The position numbers and the translations under genes are program-made. This document shows positions 32,970 to 43,327 of a stretch of 64,000 nucleotides of DNA, piece after piece. This DNA comes from Bacilli bacterium (GTDB lineage: Bacteria; Bacillota_I; Bacilli_A; RF39; UBA660). Position 1 is the stretch's first letter. The number at the start of each line of letters is the position of its first letter. Where the stretch lies: NCBI GenBank assembly GCA_030602345.1, contig JAUVZX010000002.1, positions 3,639-67,638 of the forward strand, in the 5' to 3' direction. The notes below the pieces were generated by a model. The model had not been told where the DNA came from. It saw only the letters and a program-made list of their open reading frames with translations, and did not search any database.

Positions 32970-33611
32970 TTACCACTCTATTTCTTTTTGATTAATATTT
33001 TTTAAAATTTCATTTATTTTAGAAAATGGTTTACTTCCCTCAAACCCTTTTTTATAAGAGAAGAAAGAAGGATGAGAAGACTCAATGATATAATTATTTG
33101 AGTATGATATTATATTTTTTTTATTTTTAGCATTTTCTCCCCATAAGACAAAAATTATGGGTCTACTGTCCAAACTAAGCTTTTCTATAATTTTATCTAC
33201 GAATATTTCCCAACCCATATTTTTGTGAGACAAAGGTTTATTAGCTTCAACCGTCAAAACTGTATTAATTAATAATATTCCTTGTTTTGCCCAATCTTCT
33301 AAAGATCCATTGGTTCTATTAATTTTAAGATCGCTTTCCAACTCTCTAAATATATTTTTTAAAGAAGGCGGAATATATCCTTTTTTCTTACTAGAAAAAC
33401 ATAAACCGTCGGCTACTCCTTCTGTGTGATATGGATCTTGACCTAATATCACAACTTTAACCTCACTATAATCACAAAGTTTAAAAGCTTTAAATAAATC
33501 ATTTTTATCAGGAAAAATCCTTCCTTCATCATACAGCTTTTCTATTTTGTTTAAAAAGGAAACATCAATTTCATCGAAGATTTGTTCCCAACCATTATTT
33601 GGCAAGTTCAT
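32970..33611 (-). CDS. ung: Uracil-DNA glycosylase
   Basis: VILGQDPYH, PPSL.NI, SHPS. Confidence 0.97.
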   Translation of the reverse strand: MNLPNNGWEQIFDEIDVSFLNKIEKLYDEGRIFPDKNDLFKAFKLCDYSEVKVVILGQDPYHTEGVADGLCFSSKKKGYIPPSLKNIFRELESDLKINRTNGSLEDWAKQGILLINTVLTVEANKPLSHKNMGWEIFVDKIIEKLSLDSRPIIFVLWGENAKNKKNIISYSNNYIIESSHPSFFSYKKGFEGSKPFSKINEILKNINQKEIEW

Positions 33612-34374
33612 TAGAAATCTCCACAAATACTTTTAAAGGTATCTCTTCCGCTCTTGATTGCAGTGATAAGTTGTTCTTCAAAAGAACATTTTCTACTACG
33701 CTTAAATTATATTCACTTAAGTTATTTTTAATTGTTTTTCTTTTTTGTCTAAAAGAATTTCTTACAAATTCAAAAAAATAAGTTTCATTAATCACTTTTT
33801 CTTTTTCTTTTTTTGTTTTAAACTTCATAACAACGCTATCAACATTCGGTTTGGGTATAAAAACATTTCTGCTAACATCCATAACTTTTTTTACATCAAA
33901 ATAGTAATTTATATAAACAGTCAAAGAGCCATACTCTTTTGTTTTAGGCGAAGCCTTTAGTCTTTCTCCCACTTCTTTTTGCATCATTAAATACATTTCC
34001 TCTATTAAAACTCCACTATCGATAATTTTTTCTATTATAGGAGTAGTAATATAATAAGGTAAATTCGCTATTATAAAAAGCCTATCATAATCATAATCCT
34101 TTATTATTTCCAAGAGGTCTACTTTCAAGAAATCTTTAAATATTACTTTTGCAGATATTTTATCTAACTCTGGTTTTAATGTCTCATCTATTTCAAAACA
34201 TATAACCTTATCGGTCTTAAGCAGAAGTTCTTTTGTTAAAGCTCCTCCACCCGGTCCTATTTCTATTATTAAATCATTTTTTGTAACATCAGATAAAGAC
34301 GCAATCTTTTTAGTTATATTTGCATCTACAATGAAATTTTGTCCATACTTCTTCTTAAAACTAAATTTTTCCAT
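33595..34374 (-). CDS. rsmA: 16S rRNA adenine dimethyltransferase
   Basis: KK.GQNF, EIGPG.G, ANLPYYITTP. Confidence 0.97.
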   Translation of the reverse strand: MEKFSFKKKYGQNFIVDANITKKIASLSDVTKNDLIIEIGPGGGALTKELLLKTDKVICFEIDETLKPELDKISAKVIFKDFLKVDLLEIIKDYDYDRLFIIANLPYYITTPIIEKIIDSGVLIEEMYLMMQKEVGERLKASPKTKEYGSLTVYINYYFDVKKVMDVSRNVFIPKPNVDSVVMKFKTKKEKEKVINETYFFEFVRNSFRQKRKTIKNNLSEYNLSVVENVLLKNNLSLQSRAEEIPLKVFVEISNELAK

Positions 34375-34433
34375 CTCTTATCTCCTCTATAGATTATAAT
34401 ATATTTATCGCTTTTTTACAAACAAAAAGGGGA

Positions 34434-35132
34434 TTACCATCCCCACCTTTGTACTGCAAATTTTGTATTAGAATTAGTAACCGTTCTTGCATCTTTATCT
34501 GTATCGAATGAAACATCAATTAATACTCTCTCTTGACTCCAAGCGGTATTCATTGCACCGCCACGGTCTAGAACGATCGCGTCAAAGCTTTTTCTTCCTT
34601 TAGGTGTAATTGTTATCACAGTCCCACAAGGAAAGTTTGCTGTTGCCGCTGCTATAATTCTTAAATTGCCATATTCTTCATCATTATAATATAAACCATC
34701 GTTGATTAAACTGTGTCTTTGCTTTTCTCTCGTATAACAAGCAACAGTTCCTGTTTTGCTACATCCTAAGCAATAAGGACTATACCCAGTAATTTTACCA
34801 GAATAATCTCCTTTTTTGCCCGATCCTATCTCATATCTTTCATTTATTGGATCTTTTCTAAACATCTCTTCGCTAGTATTCATATCATAATAGATAACAC
34901 CATTTTCTCCGGCTCTTAGTAACCTTTTATAGCCGGATGGCCTTTTATTAGAATATATATTTTCAATTTCATAATTTACTACTTGTTCTTCTATATTTGT
35001 ATTAGTCTGTGTTAGCTGATGACTCACTTCATAATTAACCATTTTCAATGAATAATTAGGTATTATTGATAGTAATGTTACCATTAACATCTTAACAGCT
35101 CTGAACACATGATCTAAAATATATAAATTCAT
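34434..35132 (-). CDS. G5-like plus 3D-domain protein (YabE/Sps-like)
   Basis: G.NG...P.N....IG G5-like segment; ITGY...IIAA..FP.GT...VLDRGGAM...IDV 3D fold; tatD-x-rsmA synteny. Confidence 0.7.
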   Translation of the reverse strand: MNLYILDHVFRAVKMLMVTLLSIIPNYSLKMVNYEVSHQLTQTNTNIEEQVVNYEIENIYSNKRPSGYKRLLRAGENGVIYYDMNTSEEMFRKDPINERYEIGSGKKGDYSGKITGYSPYCLGCSKTGTVACYTREKQRHSLINDGLYYNDEEYGNLRIIAAATANFPCGTVITITPKGRKSFDAIVLDRGGAMNTAWSQERVLIDVSFDTDKDARTVTNSNTKFAVQRWGW

Positions 35133-35169
35133 TAATCACCTCTGTGTAGCAATTTAATTTTATCATAAA

Positions 35170-35910
35170 TTATACTTTTAAGTCAAACCATGCTATTGCA
35201 TTGAGAGTTGTCTTTGTTATGACCTCTTCTTCAGTGATTTCTTTAATTTCAGCAATTTTTCTAGCAATCAACGGAATATTTAAAGGAGTATTTAACTCTT
35301 TTCTTTTTTCTTGAGGCGATAAGTATGGGCTATCTGTTTCTAATAAAATTCTATCTATCGGTAATAATTTTATAGCTTCTCTTAACTCCTCATTTTTTGG
35401 ATAAGTTATAGGTCCACCTATACCAAATTTACAATTTAAATTTAAAAGTAGTTCTAACTCGTGTTTTCCATATGTAAAACAGTGAAAAATTATTTTTAGT
35501 CTTTCATCATATTTTTTCAATATATTATATATATCATCAGTTGCTTCTCTATTGTGGATAACGATTGGTTTATTATTGTCAATAGCAATTTTTATTTGTT
35601 TTTCAAATAATTCTTTTTGCTCCTCTTTGTTGTCATTTTTCCAATAATAGTCCAGTCCAATCTCTCCTATAGCTACAGAAGTTGAGACATTATCCAAAAT
35701 AAATTCCAAATCTGAATTAGAATAATTAGAGGCTTCGCTTGGATGTATTCCTAAAGTATAGAAAAAATTATTTTTCCCCATACAAAATTTAATAGCTTCT
35801 TCATTGGATTGTTTATCTGTTCCAATTATTATTCCATAATTAGGTGATAATTTATTTATGCTATCCATTATTCTTTCATCAAGATGAAGATGTGTATCTA
35901 TAAAAATCAT
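35170..35910 (-). CDS. tatD: TatD family hydrolase
   Basis: DTHLHL, GIHP, GEIGLDY, LETDSPYL. Confidence 0.96.
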   Translation of the reverse strand: MIFIDTHLHLDERIMDSINKLSPNYGIIIGTDKQSNEEAIKFCMGKNNFFYTLGIHPSEASNYSNSDLEFILDNVSTSVAIGEIGLDYYWKNDNKEEQKELFEKQIKIAIDNNKPIVIHNREATDDIYNILKKYDERLKIIFHCFTYGKHELELLLNLNCKFGIGGPITYPKNEELREAIKLLPIDRILLETDSPYLSPQEKRKELNTPLNIPLIARKIAEIKEITEEEVITKTTLNAIAWFDLKV

Positions 35911-37448
35911 TTTTTGTCCTTTTCGATTCTTATAAACATAGGTTCCTTCTCTTCAATAAGTTTTTCACAATTTACAAGTTTTGTTAATTTTTCTTCAATT
36001 GTGTTTCTCTCATCAACATTGAAATAATCAAGTATTTTTTCTGAAGTATCAGGAAGGAAAGCTTGTAAAAGAATTGCTCCATTTAATATGGCCTCTGATA
36101 AGTTATAAAGAACCTCTTCTAACCTTTCTTTATTTCCTTCTTTAAATAATATCCATGGCGTTGTTTCATCGATATACTTATTACTTCTTTCAAAGATTTT
36201 CATTATGTCATTTAGCGAGTCCGCCACTCTATATTTTCTGATTTTATCGATCGAATTTTTTTTACATTCTTCAATATACTTAATATATTCTGAATCTAAC
36301 TCACCGTATTTGCTATTCGGATAAAGTTTTCCACCTTGATATTTAACTATCATACTTTGCGTCCTTTTGACAAGATTTCCTAAAACATTTGCTAAATCAG
36401 AGTTTATTGTGTTAACTAGCAACTCTTCAGTGAATGTTCCGTCATTTGCAAAAGGGACCTGTGATAAAAAGTAATATCTAACCGGATCTCTACCATATTC
36501 ATTAATCAAATCATCGATATATACAATGTTTCCTCTAGATTTACTCATCTTATCTTCACCCATTAATACCCAAGGATGAGCTAGTATTTTCTTAGGTAAA
36601 TCTAGATTTAAAGCCATTAATATTATTGGCCAATATATAGCATGAAATCTTAAAATATCTTTCCCCAAAACGTGTAAATCTGCCGGCCACATTTTTTTAA
36701 AAAAATCACTCGACTCATTTTTAGGGTCATAACCCATAAAGGTTATATAATTACTTAATGCGTCAATCCAAACATAAACAACGTGTTCATCATCAAATTT
36801 TACCGGAACCCCCCATTTAAATGAAGTTCTCGAGACACATAAATCTTGCAATCCTGGTTCTAAAAAATTCTTTACTATTTCATTTTTTCTGCTTTCCGGC
36901 TCAATAAAGTCAGGATTATCTATTAAGTATTGTTTCAACTTGTCTTCATATTTGCTCATTTTCAAAAAGTAAGCCTCTTCTGAGTAATGTTTTACCTCTC
37001 TACCGCAGTCGGGACACTTTCCATCTATTAATTGACTTTCGGTAAAAAAGGATTCACAAGGAGTGCAGTAAAGACCAACGTATTCACCTTTATATATATC
37101 ACCCTGTTTATATAACCTTTCAAAAATATCAGAAACTTTATCTTTATGTTCTGGATCGGTTGTTCTCACAAATGAATCGTGACTAGAACCTAAACTAGTC
37201 CACATTTTTCTAATCTCATCAGTCACATCATTGACATAGTCTATCGGTGTTTTTCCGGCTTCCGCTGCCTTTGTTTCTATTTTTTGACCATGCTCATCTG
37301 TTCCTGTTTGAAAAAAAACATCATATCCCAATAAACGATGATATCTCGCTATTGCATCGGTTAAAATTATCTCGTATGTATTTCCTATGTGCGGCTTACT
37401 AGATGAGTATGCTATTGCTGTTGTAATATAAAATTTATTTTTTTCCAT
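35907..37448 (-). CDS. metG: Methionyl-tRNA synthetase (no C-terminal dimerisation/tRNA-binding domain)
   Basis: HIGN, GTDEHG, Zn knuckle, YVWIDAL, KMSKS. Confidence 0.98.
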   Translation of the reverse strand: MEKNKFYITTAIAYSSSKPHIGNTYEIILTDAIARYHRLLGYDVFFQTGTDEHGQKIETKAAEAGKTPIDYVNDVTDEIRKMWTSLGSSHDSFVRTTDPEHKDKVSDIFERLYKQGDIYKGEYVGLYCTPCESFFTESQLIDGKCPDCGREVKHYSEEAYFLKMSKYEDKLKQYLIDNPDFIEPESRKNEIVKNFLEPGLQDLCVSRTSFKWGVPVKFDDEHVVYVWIDALSNYITFMGYDPKNESSDFFKKMWPADLHVLGKDILRFHAIYWPIILMALNLDLPKKILAHPWVLMGEDKMSKSRGNIVYIDDLINEYGRDPVRYYFLSQVPFANDGTFTEELLVNTINSDLANVLGNLVKRTQSMIVKYQGGKLYPNSKYGELDSEYIKYIEECKKNSIDKIRKYRVADSLNDIMKIFERSNKYIDETTPWILFKEGNKERLEEVLYNLSEAILNGAILLQAFLPDTSEKILDYFNVDERNTIEEKLTKLVNCEKLIEEKEPMFIRIEKDKK

Positions 37449-37920
37449 CTGTGCTTCCAAAGCCTCCCTTTCTCTTTTCGTTCGTTTCTTCATCATTATC
37501 TGCAACTAAATAATTAACAAATATTCCTTGCGCAAAACTTTGATTCTTTTTTAACTCAAATAATTCATTAGAATAGTTGTGCAAAGGAATATACAAATGC
37601 CCCTCATTTTCTTCATTATTATAATAATCAGCATCTATAACTCCCATTTGATTTGGTAAACCGACGTTGTATTTAAAACCAACGCTGCTTCTGATTACAA
37701 TAAACAAAACTTCACTTTCATTCATTTTTATTTTCAATCCTGTTTTTATCATTTTAGTCGTTCCCGGCTTTATGGATATATCTTCCAGCAAAGATATATC
37801 ATATCCTGCGCTATTTGAAGTTTTTCTTTTTGGTATTTTTATTTCATCATATTCTCTGTTTGTTAATCCCGTATCCTTAATAAATTGATTTAGTGATATT
37901 TTTTCAAACCCTCTTTTCAT
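37435..37920 (-). CDS. dut: Trimeric dUTP diphosphatase
   Basis: SAGYD, RSS, GVIDADYY, AQG, R.GGFGST. Confidence 0.96.
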   Translation of the reverse strand: MKRGFEKISLNQFIKDTGLTNREYDEIKIPKRKTSNSAGYDISLLEDISIKPGTTKMIKTGLKIKMNESEVLFIVIRSSVGFKYNVGLPNQMGVIDADYYNNEENEGHLYIPLHNYSNELFELKKNQSFAQGIFVNYLVADNDEETNEKRKGGFGSTDGKK

Positions 37921-37934
37921 AATTTCTCCTTTCA

Positions 37935-38135
37935 AATAAAAAACGCCCTTATCATAAGGACGTGATTACGTGGTACCACCTTAATTCGCTTTAAGCCTCT
38001 TATGCGTAACGCGCACACATTCGTCCTTATCCTTTGATAAAGCTGAAAAAAGATTCATTCTAATAATTAATTAGATTTGTTTTCACCAAACACAAATTCT
38101 CTACGCTAATTTTCTTATTTTCTTTCTTTTATAAC
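37935..38135 (-). promoter_or_regulatory. T-box riboswitch, Met-specific
   Basis: AGAGA and GGTGAAA stem-I motifs, candidate AUG specifier at 38058-38056, T-box AATTAAGGTGGTACCACG, terminator CGTCCTTATGATAAGGGCG-TTTTTT. Confidence 0.9.
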
Positions 38136-38150
38136 ATTTTTTATAGTTTA

Positions 38151-41100
38151 TCATAATATAATTTCTTTTTCAATAAGTTTGACTATTTGCAATAAATAAT
38201 CAATATAGTGTGAATCTAATTTTAAAACGTTAATTACTATAATATTTTGATTTAGATATTTGGTAACTTTAACATTTGAATTGAGTAGATAACATTCCCT
38301 CATTAGCATTGCCATATCTATCTTATTTTCAATTTCTTTGTTTAAAGTTAATTCTATTTTATTTGAACTTTGCTTTATTGAACTAAAGATATTCCTTGCA
38401 GAAGATTTTTCAAAAATTTCCTGTTTCATGTATGTCACAATATCAGGACTTACATTTCCAAAAATATCTTTGATTACTTCATAAGTCTTCATCAACTCTT
38501 CTTCGTTTGTCACTTCATTAATCAGTTTGTGAATTTTAATTTTCACATCTTGATCATCAAATTCATTCAAAGCAGTTTTAACATCGATAAGTGGATTTGA
38601 TTCCGATTGATTATCTTCATATTCACCTTTTATTTTTTTAATTTCTTCGTCGATCATTTTCATAAACATTGTTACTCCGACTGAAGAAATAAACCCTGAT
38701 TGTTCTTTTCCGAGCAAATCTCCTGCACCTCTTAGAGATAAATCTCGCATAGCGATTGAATACCCACTTCCCAATCTAGTGAAGTCTTTTATTGCCTTTA
38801 ATCTTTTCTCTGCTATTTCTGAAATAACTTTGTGTTTTTTATACATTAAATAACAGTAGGCTATTTCTTGACTCCTTCCAACTCTTCCTCTTATTTGATA
38901 AAGTTGTGATAGTCCAAACTTGTCTGCCTCCAATATAATTATTGTATTAACTGTAGGAATATCAATGCCTGTTTCTACTATTGTTGTAGCAATAAGAATA
39001 TTAAAATCTTTTTTTAAAAATTTATTCATCACATTTTCTATCGTGCTTTTATTTTGTTGACCGTGAACAATAGCAATTTTAGAAGAAGGGATAATTTTTA
39101 ATATATTTTCTTTAATTTCTTCCATTTTACTTATATCATTGTTTATTATGAAAACCTGTCCACCTCTATCTATTTCTTTAGATATTGCAGCTCCAATTAC
39201 TTTTTCATCATATTCACATACATACGTTTGAATTGGATGACGATTGAGCGGCGGAGTTTCAATTAAAGAAAGATTTTTTACTCCGGCCATTGTCAATTGA
39301 ATTGTTCTCGGAATGGGAGTTGCAGATAGAGAAAGAACGTCGATACTACTCCTGATTCCATCAATTACTTCTTTGTGTTTTACTCCAAATCTTTGTTCTT
39401 CATCTATTATCAAAAGACCCAACTCTTTAAATTTAACTTCCTTGTTTAAAAGTTTGTGCGTACCTATTACAATATCCGCTTTACCGCTTTTTATTTCCTC
39501 AAATATTTTTTTTGTTTCTTTAGGAGTAACAAACCTATTTAAAAGTCTAATATTTACAGGAAAATTACGAAATCTAACTTTAGCATTCTCATAGTGTTGG
39601 TTTGATAATATTGTCGTTGGGCAAAGAAACATCACCTGTTTCGAAGATAACACCGCTTTAAATATCGCTCTAAAAGCTACTTCGGTTTTTCCAAACCCAA
39701 CATCTCCACATAATAATCTATTCATGGGGATATTTTGTTGCATATCTTTCTTTATCTCTTCTGTAACCTTATATTGATCTAAAGTGTATTCATATGGAAA
39801 ATCATTTTCAAAATCAATTTGGTTTTGATCATCTTCTGAAAAAGCAAAACCTCTGTCTATTTTTTTGTTAACATACGATTCTAACAATTCCTTGGCTATT
39901 TCTCCCGCTTTATTTCTTGCAAGTATTTTTGTCTTTTGCCACTCACCCGAAGACAAACTGCTTAAAATTGGAGATGTTCCTTCCTCGGCAGAGTATTTAT
40001 ATAAACTATCTAATTTTTCAACTGGAACATATATTTTATCGTTATTTCTATAATTTATTTGTAAATATTCTTTTTCTAATGAGTTTTTAGTAATAGTTTT
40101 TATTCCAACATACTTCCCTATTCCGTGCACATCATGAACTACATAATCACCAATTTTAATTTTGTTGTAATCTAAATTTCCTTTTCTACTTCTAAAAATT
40201 TTGTTTATAATAGGATTGGCTTTATAACCTAAAAAATCAAAGTGAGAAATATATACGTTCTCATCAAATCTAAAACTATCAATTATATTTATTATCAATA
40301 TGTTTATTTTATCTTTATTTGCGTTTTGGGGACTTTCTATAAAGTTAATTTTGTCTTCACGGTTTCTAAATTCTTTTATTGCCCTATCTTTGTCATCAAA
40401 ACAAACTATTTTTATAAACTCTTCTCTTTTTAATATATTGTCAATGTCAGTTCTATAAATTTTTTCTGAATCTATTTTTTTTGTTTCATATCCATCAATA
40501 TTGTTATCAAAATCTGAAAGTATAATTGCATCTTCTTTTTTTACAGAAAAATCTACAGAATTTATAAAAATAAATTTTGAATTTTCAAGATTTCTTAATT
40601 TTGAATCTTTATTTATGCTGCTAAATAAGCTTAAAACAATAAATTCATTTTTTTCTTCCAAACTTAGCTGTTCCTCTAAGTCGAAAGTTTTTATTTTTTC
40701 TATTAGATCACCAAAAAGCTCAATTCGATAAGGTTTATACTCATTTATTGGAAATATATCTAATATGTACCCACGTATAGCATAATCACCATTTTTTTCA
40801 ACAAAAGATTCTTTTCTATACCCCATTTGTTCAAGGTCGTATTCTAAAGACTTTAAATCTATATTATTTCCTGTTTTAAACTTTATTTCACTCTCACTAA
40901 TATTGTTTTCAGAAGGAATATTTTCATCTAAAAAGTCAAGATTTGTTATTATTAAGTTCTTATCATTTTTATAAATTTGAGATAAAGAATTTGTAATTAG
41001 CGTTATCATATCTATCGTAATTAAATTTGATTCCACTTTGTAAATATTGTCTAAACTAACTAAGTGTGCTTTTTCTAAATATTCTATTTTTTTATAAAAT

Positions 41101-41240
41101 TCTAGAGCTTTATTATGATTTTCTAAAACAACAATTATATTTTTATTTTCTAAGCGAAAAAGATCAACTATGCCTATAGCTTTTAGTTGATCAGTAATTC
41201 CAATATAATTTGTTTTGTTTTTTAAATTAAATTCAATCAT
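38151..41240 (-). CDS. mfd: Transcription-repair coupling factor
   Basis: RID GDYVVH..HGIG, GDVGFGKTEVA, DEEQRFG, SATPIPRT, QIRGRVGR. Confidence 0.96.
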   Translation of the reverse strand: MIEFNLKNKTNYIGITDQLKAIGIVDLFRLENKNIIVVLENHNKALEFYKKIEYLEKAHLVSLDNIYKVESNLITIDMITLITNSLSQIYKNDKNLIITNLDFLDENIPSENNISESEIKFKTGNNIDLKSLEYDLEQMGYRKESFVEKNGDYAIRGYILDIFPINEYKPYRIELFGDLIEKIKTFDLEEQLSLEEKNEFIVLSLFSSINKDSKLRNLENSKFIFINSVDFSVKKEDAIILSDFDNNIDGYETKKIDSEKIYRTDIDNILKREEFIKIVCFDDKDRAIKEFRNREDKINFIESPQNANKDKINILIINIIDSFRFDENVYISHFDFLGYKANPIINKIFRSRKGNLDYNKIKIGDYVVHDVHGIGKYVGIKTITKNSLEKEYLQINYRNNDKIYVPVEKLDSLYKYSAEEGTSPILSSLSSGEWQKTKILARNKAGEIAKELLESYVNKKIDRGFAFSEDDQNQIDFENDFPYEYTLDQYKVTEEIKKDMQQNIPMNRLLCGDVGFGKTEVAFRAIFKAVLSSKQVMFLCPTTILSNQHYENAKVRFRNFPVNIRLLNRFVTPKETKKIFEEIKSGKADIVIGTHKLLNKEVKFKELGLLIIDEEQRFGVKHKEVIDGIRSSIDVLSLSATPIPRTIQLTMAGVKNLSLIETPPLNRHPIQTYVCEYDEKVIGAAISKEIDRGGQVFIINNDISKMEEIKENILKIIPSSKIAIVHGQQNKSTIENVMNKFLKKDFNILIATTIVETGIDIPTVNTIIILEADKFGLSQLYQIRGRVGRSQEIAYCYLMYKKHKVISEIAEKRLKAIKDFTRLGSGYSIAMRDLSLRGAGDLLGKEQSGFISSVGVTMFMKMIDEEIKKIKGEYEDNQSESNPLIDVKTALNEFDDQDVKIKIHKLINEVTNEEELMKTYEVIKDIFGNVSPDIVTYMKQEIFEKSSARNIFSSIKQSSNKIELTLNKEIENKIDMAMLMRECYLLNSNVKVTKYLNQNIIVINVLKLDSHYIDYLLQIVKLIEKEIIL

Positions 41241-41243
41241 ATA

Positions 41244-41765
41244 CTACTTTTGGATAAATTCCTTTATTACTTCTAGAATGGTTGTTTTGTTTTTGATAAT
41301 ATTTTGTATTTCTTCAGAATTAAAATCAGATAAAACATAATCTGAAAGATCGCCCAGAAACAAATTTCCAACACCATATCTTAACCTATAGTACATATTA
41401 GTTCCTAACATGCTGTCAATGCTTTTTATTCCGTTATGACCCGCATCACTACCACCAATTTTAACCTTGATTTGATTTGGCTTTAAATATATGTCATCAT
41501 GAATTACTAAAATATCTTTAGCATCTATTTTATAAAAATTCATCACTTCTAGTATTGCTTTCCCTGACAAATTCATATATGTAGTCGGTTTGACTAAAAT
41601 AAGCTTCTCACCCATATAATTTAATTTTGCGATCATCGCAGAAAACTTTTTTTCCCAGATGATTTTTTCATTACTAAAAACATTATCTAAAATAATGTAA
41701 CCAACATTATGACGATTTTTTGAATATTTATCGCCAGGATTTCCTAAACCAACTATTATTTTCAT
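41244..41765 (-). CDS. pth: Peptidyl-tRNA hydrolase
   Basis: IVGLGNPG, RHNVG, KPTTYMNLSG, GHNG. Confidence 0.98.
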   Translation of the reverse strand: MKIIVGLGNPGDKYSKNRHNVGYIILDNVFSNEKIIWEKKFSAMIAKLNYMGEKLILVKPTTYMNLSGKAILEVMNFYKIDAKDILVIHDDIYLKPNQIKVKIGGSDAGHNGIKSIDSMLGTNMYYRLRYGVGNLFLGDLSDYVLSDFNSEEIQNIIKNKTTILEVIKEFIQK

Positions 41766-41772
41766 AAACACC

Positions 41773-42612
41773 TCAACTGTGATATTTTTTATATACTTCT
41801 TGTTTTGAAAGGCCCGCTTCTTTCGAAACTATTTTTATAGCTTCATTGGAAGAAAATCCTTTTTTAATATATTCATTAATTCTTTGTTCTATTTTTTCTT
41901 CACTTATATTTTTTTCTTGATTTATTTCTGGTGAAATAATTAAAACAATTTCTCCTTTAAAAATATAATTCTCAAGCTTTAAAAATTCTTCTATTGTTCC
42001 TCTATATATTTGTTCGTACCTTTTGCTTATTTCCCGGGAAATAATTATCGTTCTGTTTCCAATCATTTTTTCAACATCTTCTATTGTTTTTTTCAATCTA
42101 ACTGGCGACTCATAAATAACAACAGGCGAATTTTCATTTTTAATTTCAATTAGTTGTTTTTCTCGATCTTTATTTTTTGTTTTTAAAAAACCTAGAAAAA
42201 AGAAGTTTGTAATGTCTAACCCTGACATTACTAAAGCGGGGACAAAAGCGGTTGCTCCCGGTAAACAAACAACATTAAACCCTTTTTCAATAACAGCCTT
42301 AATGATTATAGCACCAGGATCGCTTATTCCAGGTGTTCCTCTATCAGATATTAAAGCTAATTTTTTATTATCTTTTAATTTTGCTAATATTTCTTCTTTT
42401 TTTTCATTTTCATTAAAAGAGGCGCTGTGACTAATTTTATTAGTAATATTATAGTAGGTTAATAATTTTTGCGCCTCTCTTTTGTCTTCAGCATAAATTT
42501 CATCGACCTCTTTTAATATAGTTAGCGCTCTAATAGTAATGTCTTCCATGTTACCTATCGGTGTGGGAACTATATATAAAGTTGGCTTGTCATCATAACT
42601 ATTTTGAATCAT
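41773..42612 (-). CDS. rsmI: 16S rRNA C1402 2'-O-methyltransferase
   Basis: PTPIGN.EDIT.RA, SD.GTPGISDPG, YESP.R. Confidence 0.97.
   Translation of the reverse strand: MIQNSYDDKPTLYIVPTPIGNMEDITIRALTILKEVDEIYAEDKREAQKLLTYYNITNKISHSASFNENEKKEEILAKLKDNKKLALISDRGTPGISDPGAIIIKAVIEKGFNVVCLPGATAFVPALVMSGLDITNFFFLGFLKTKNKDREKQLIEIKNENSPVVIYESPVRLKKTIEDVEKMIGNRTIIISREISKRYEQIYRGTIEEFLKLENYIFKGEIVLIISPEINQEKNISEEKIEQRINEYIKKGFSSNEAIKIVSKEAGLSKQEVYKKYHS
42027..42044. promoter_or_regulatory. Noc-binding site (NBS)
   Basis: Perfect palindrome TTATTTCCCGGGAAATAA containing the B. subtilis NBS consensus. Confidence 0.75.
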
Positions 42613-42613
42613 A

Positions 42614-43327
42614 TTATCTCCCCTTTATATACTTCTTAAGTTCATCGGTATAATTTCCATTAAAATCATTCGTTATTATTGGCATTTCTATTATAACACC
42701 ACTTTTAGCTTGTTTGGATATTTCAAACAAGGCGACATTACTTTTTTGGTTAAAAGAAAAAAAATATTTTATTTTTTTTACCTCTAGATTTTGTTTTTTA
42801 GCTTCTATTATCACATTGCTGGTTTCTGTAGGAGGATAACTTATGAATAATTTTCCTTTATTTTTTAACAACTTTTTCGAAACGCTCATAATGTTTTCCA
42901 GAGTCAGACTATCTCCGTGTCTCGCTATTAAAAGTTCTTTTTCAACCGGCTTTTCTCTTTCAAAAAAATATGGTGGGTTTGAGACAATTATGTCATATGT
43001 ATCAGTTTGGCAAATATTTTTGACTTCATTTATATTTTTATTAATTGCTTTTATTTTGTCTTCAAATTTATTAATAACAATATTTTCTTTTAAAATTTCA
43101 AATACACTTTCTTGAATTTCAACTGCATCAATGAAAATATTTTTATTTCTATCTGCTAAAATCAATGATATTGCTCCGCTGCCTGCTCCTATTTCTAAGA
43201 CTTTTTGATTGCTTTTATTTATTTTGACAAAAGATGCTAGAACAAGCGAGTCCAAAGAATATTTAAAGATATGATCTGGTTGTGAAATTTTTATATGTTC
43301 ATTACAAAAAATATAATCAATTTTCAC
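42614..43327 (-). CDS. tRNA1(Val) A37 N6-methyltransferase-like (YabB/TrmN6)
   Basis: SLDS..LA, LEIGAGSG, VSNPPY, ARH. Confidence 0.85.
   Translation of the reverse strand: MKIDYIFCNEHIKISQPDHIFKYSLDSLVLASFVKINKSNQKVLEIGAGSGAISLILADRNKNIFIDAVEIQESVFEILKENIVINKFEDKIKAINKNINEVKNICQTDTYDIIVSNPPYFFEREKPVEKELLIARHGDSLTLENIMSVSKKLLKNKGKLFISYPPTETSNVIIEAKKQNLEVKKIKYFFSFNQKSNVALFEISKQAKSGVIIEMPIITNDFNGNYTDELKKYIKGR

Noticed and set aside
35553-35561. Perfect DnaA box inside tatD
   Set aside because: Isolated 9-mer far from the clusters and explained by the IHN coding motif.
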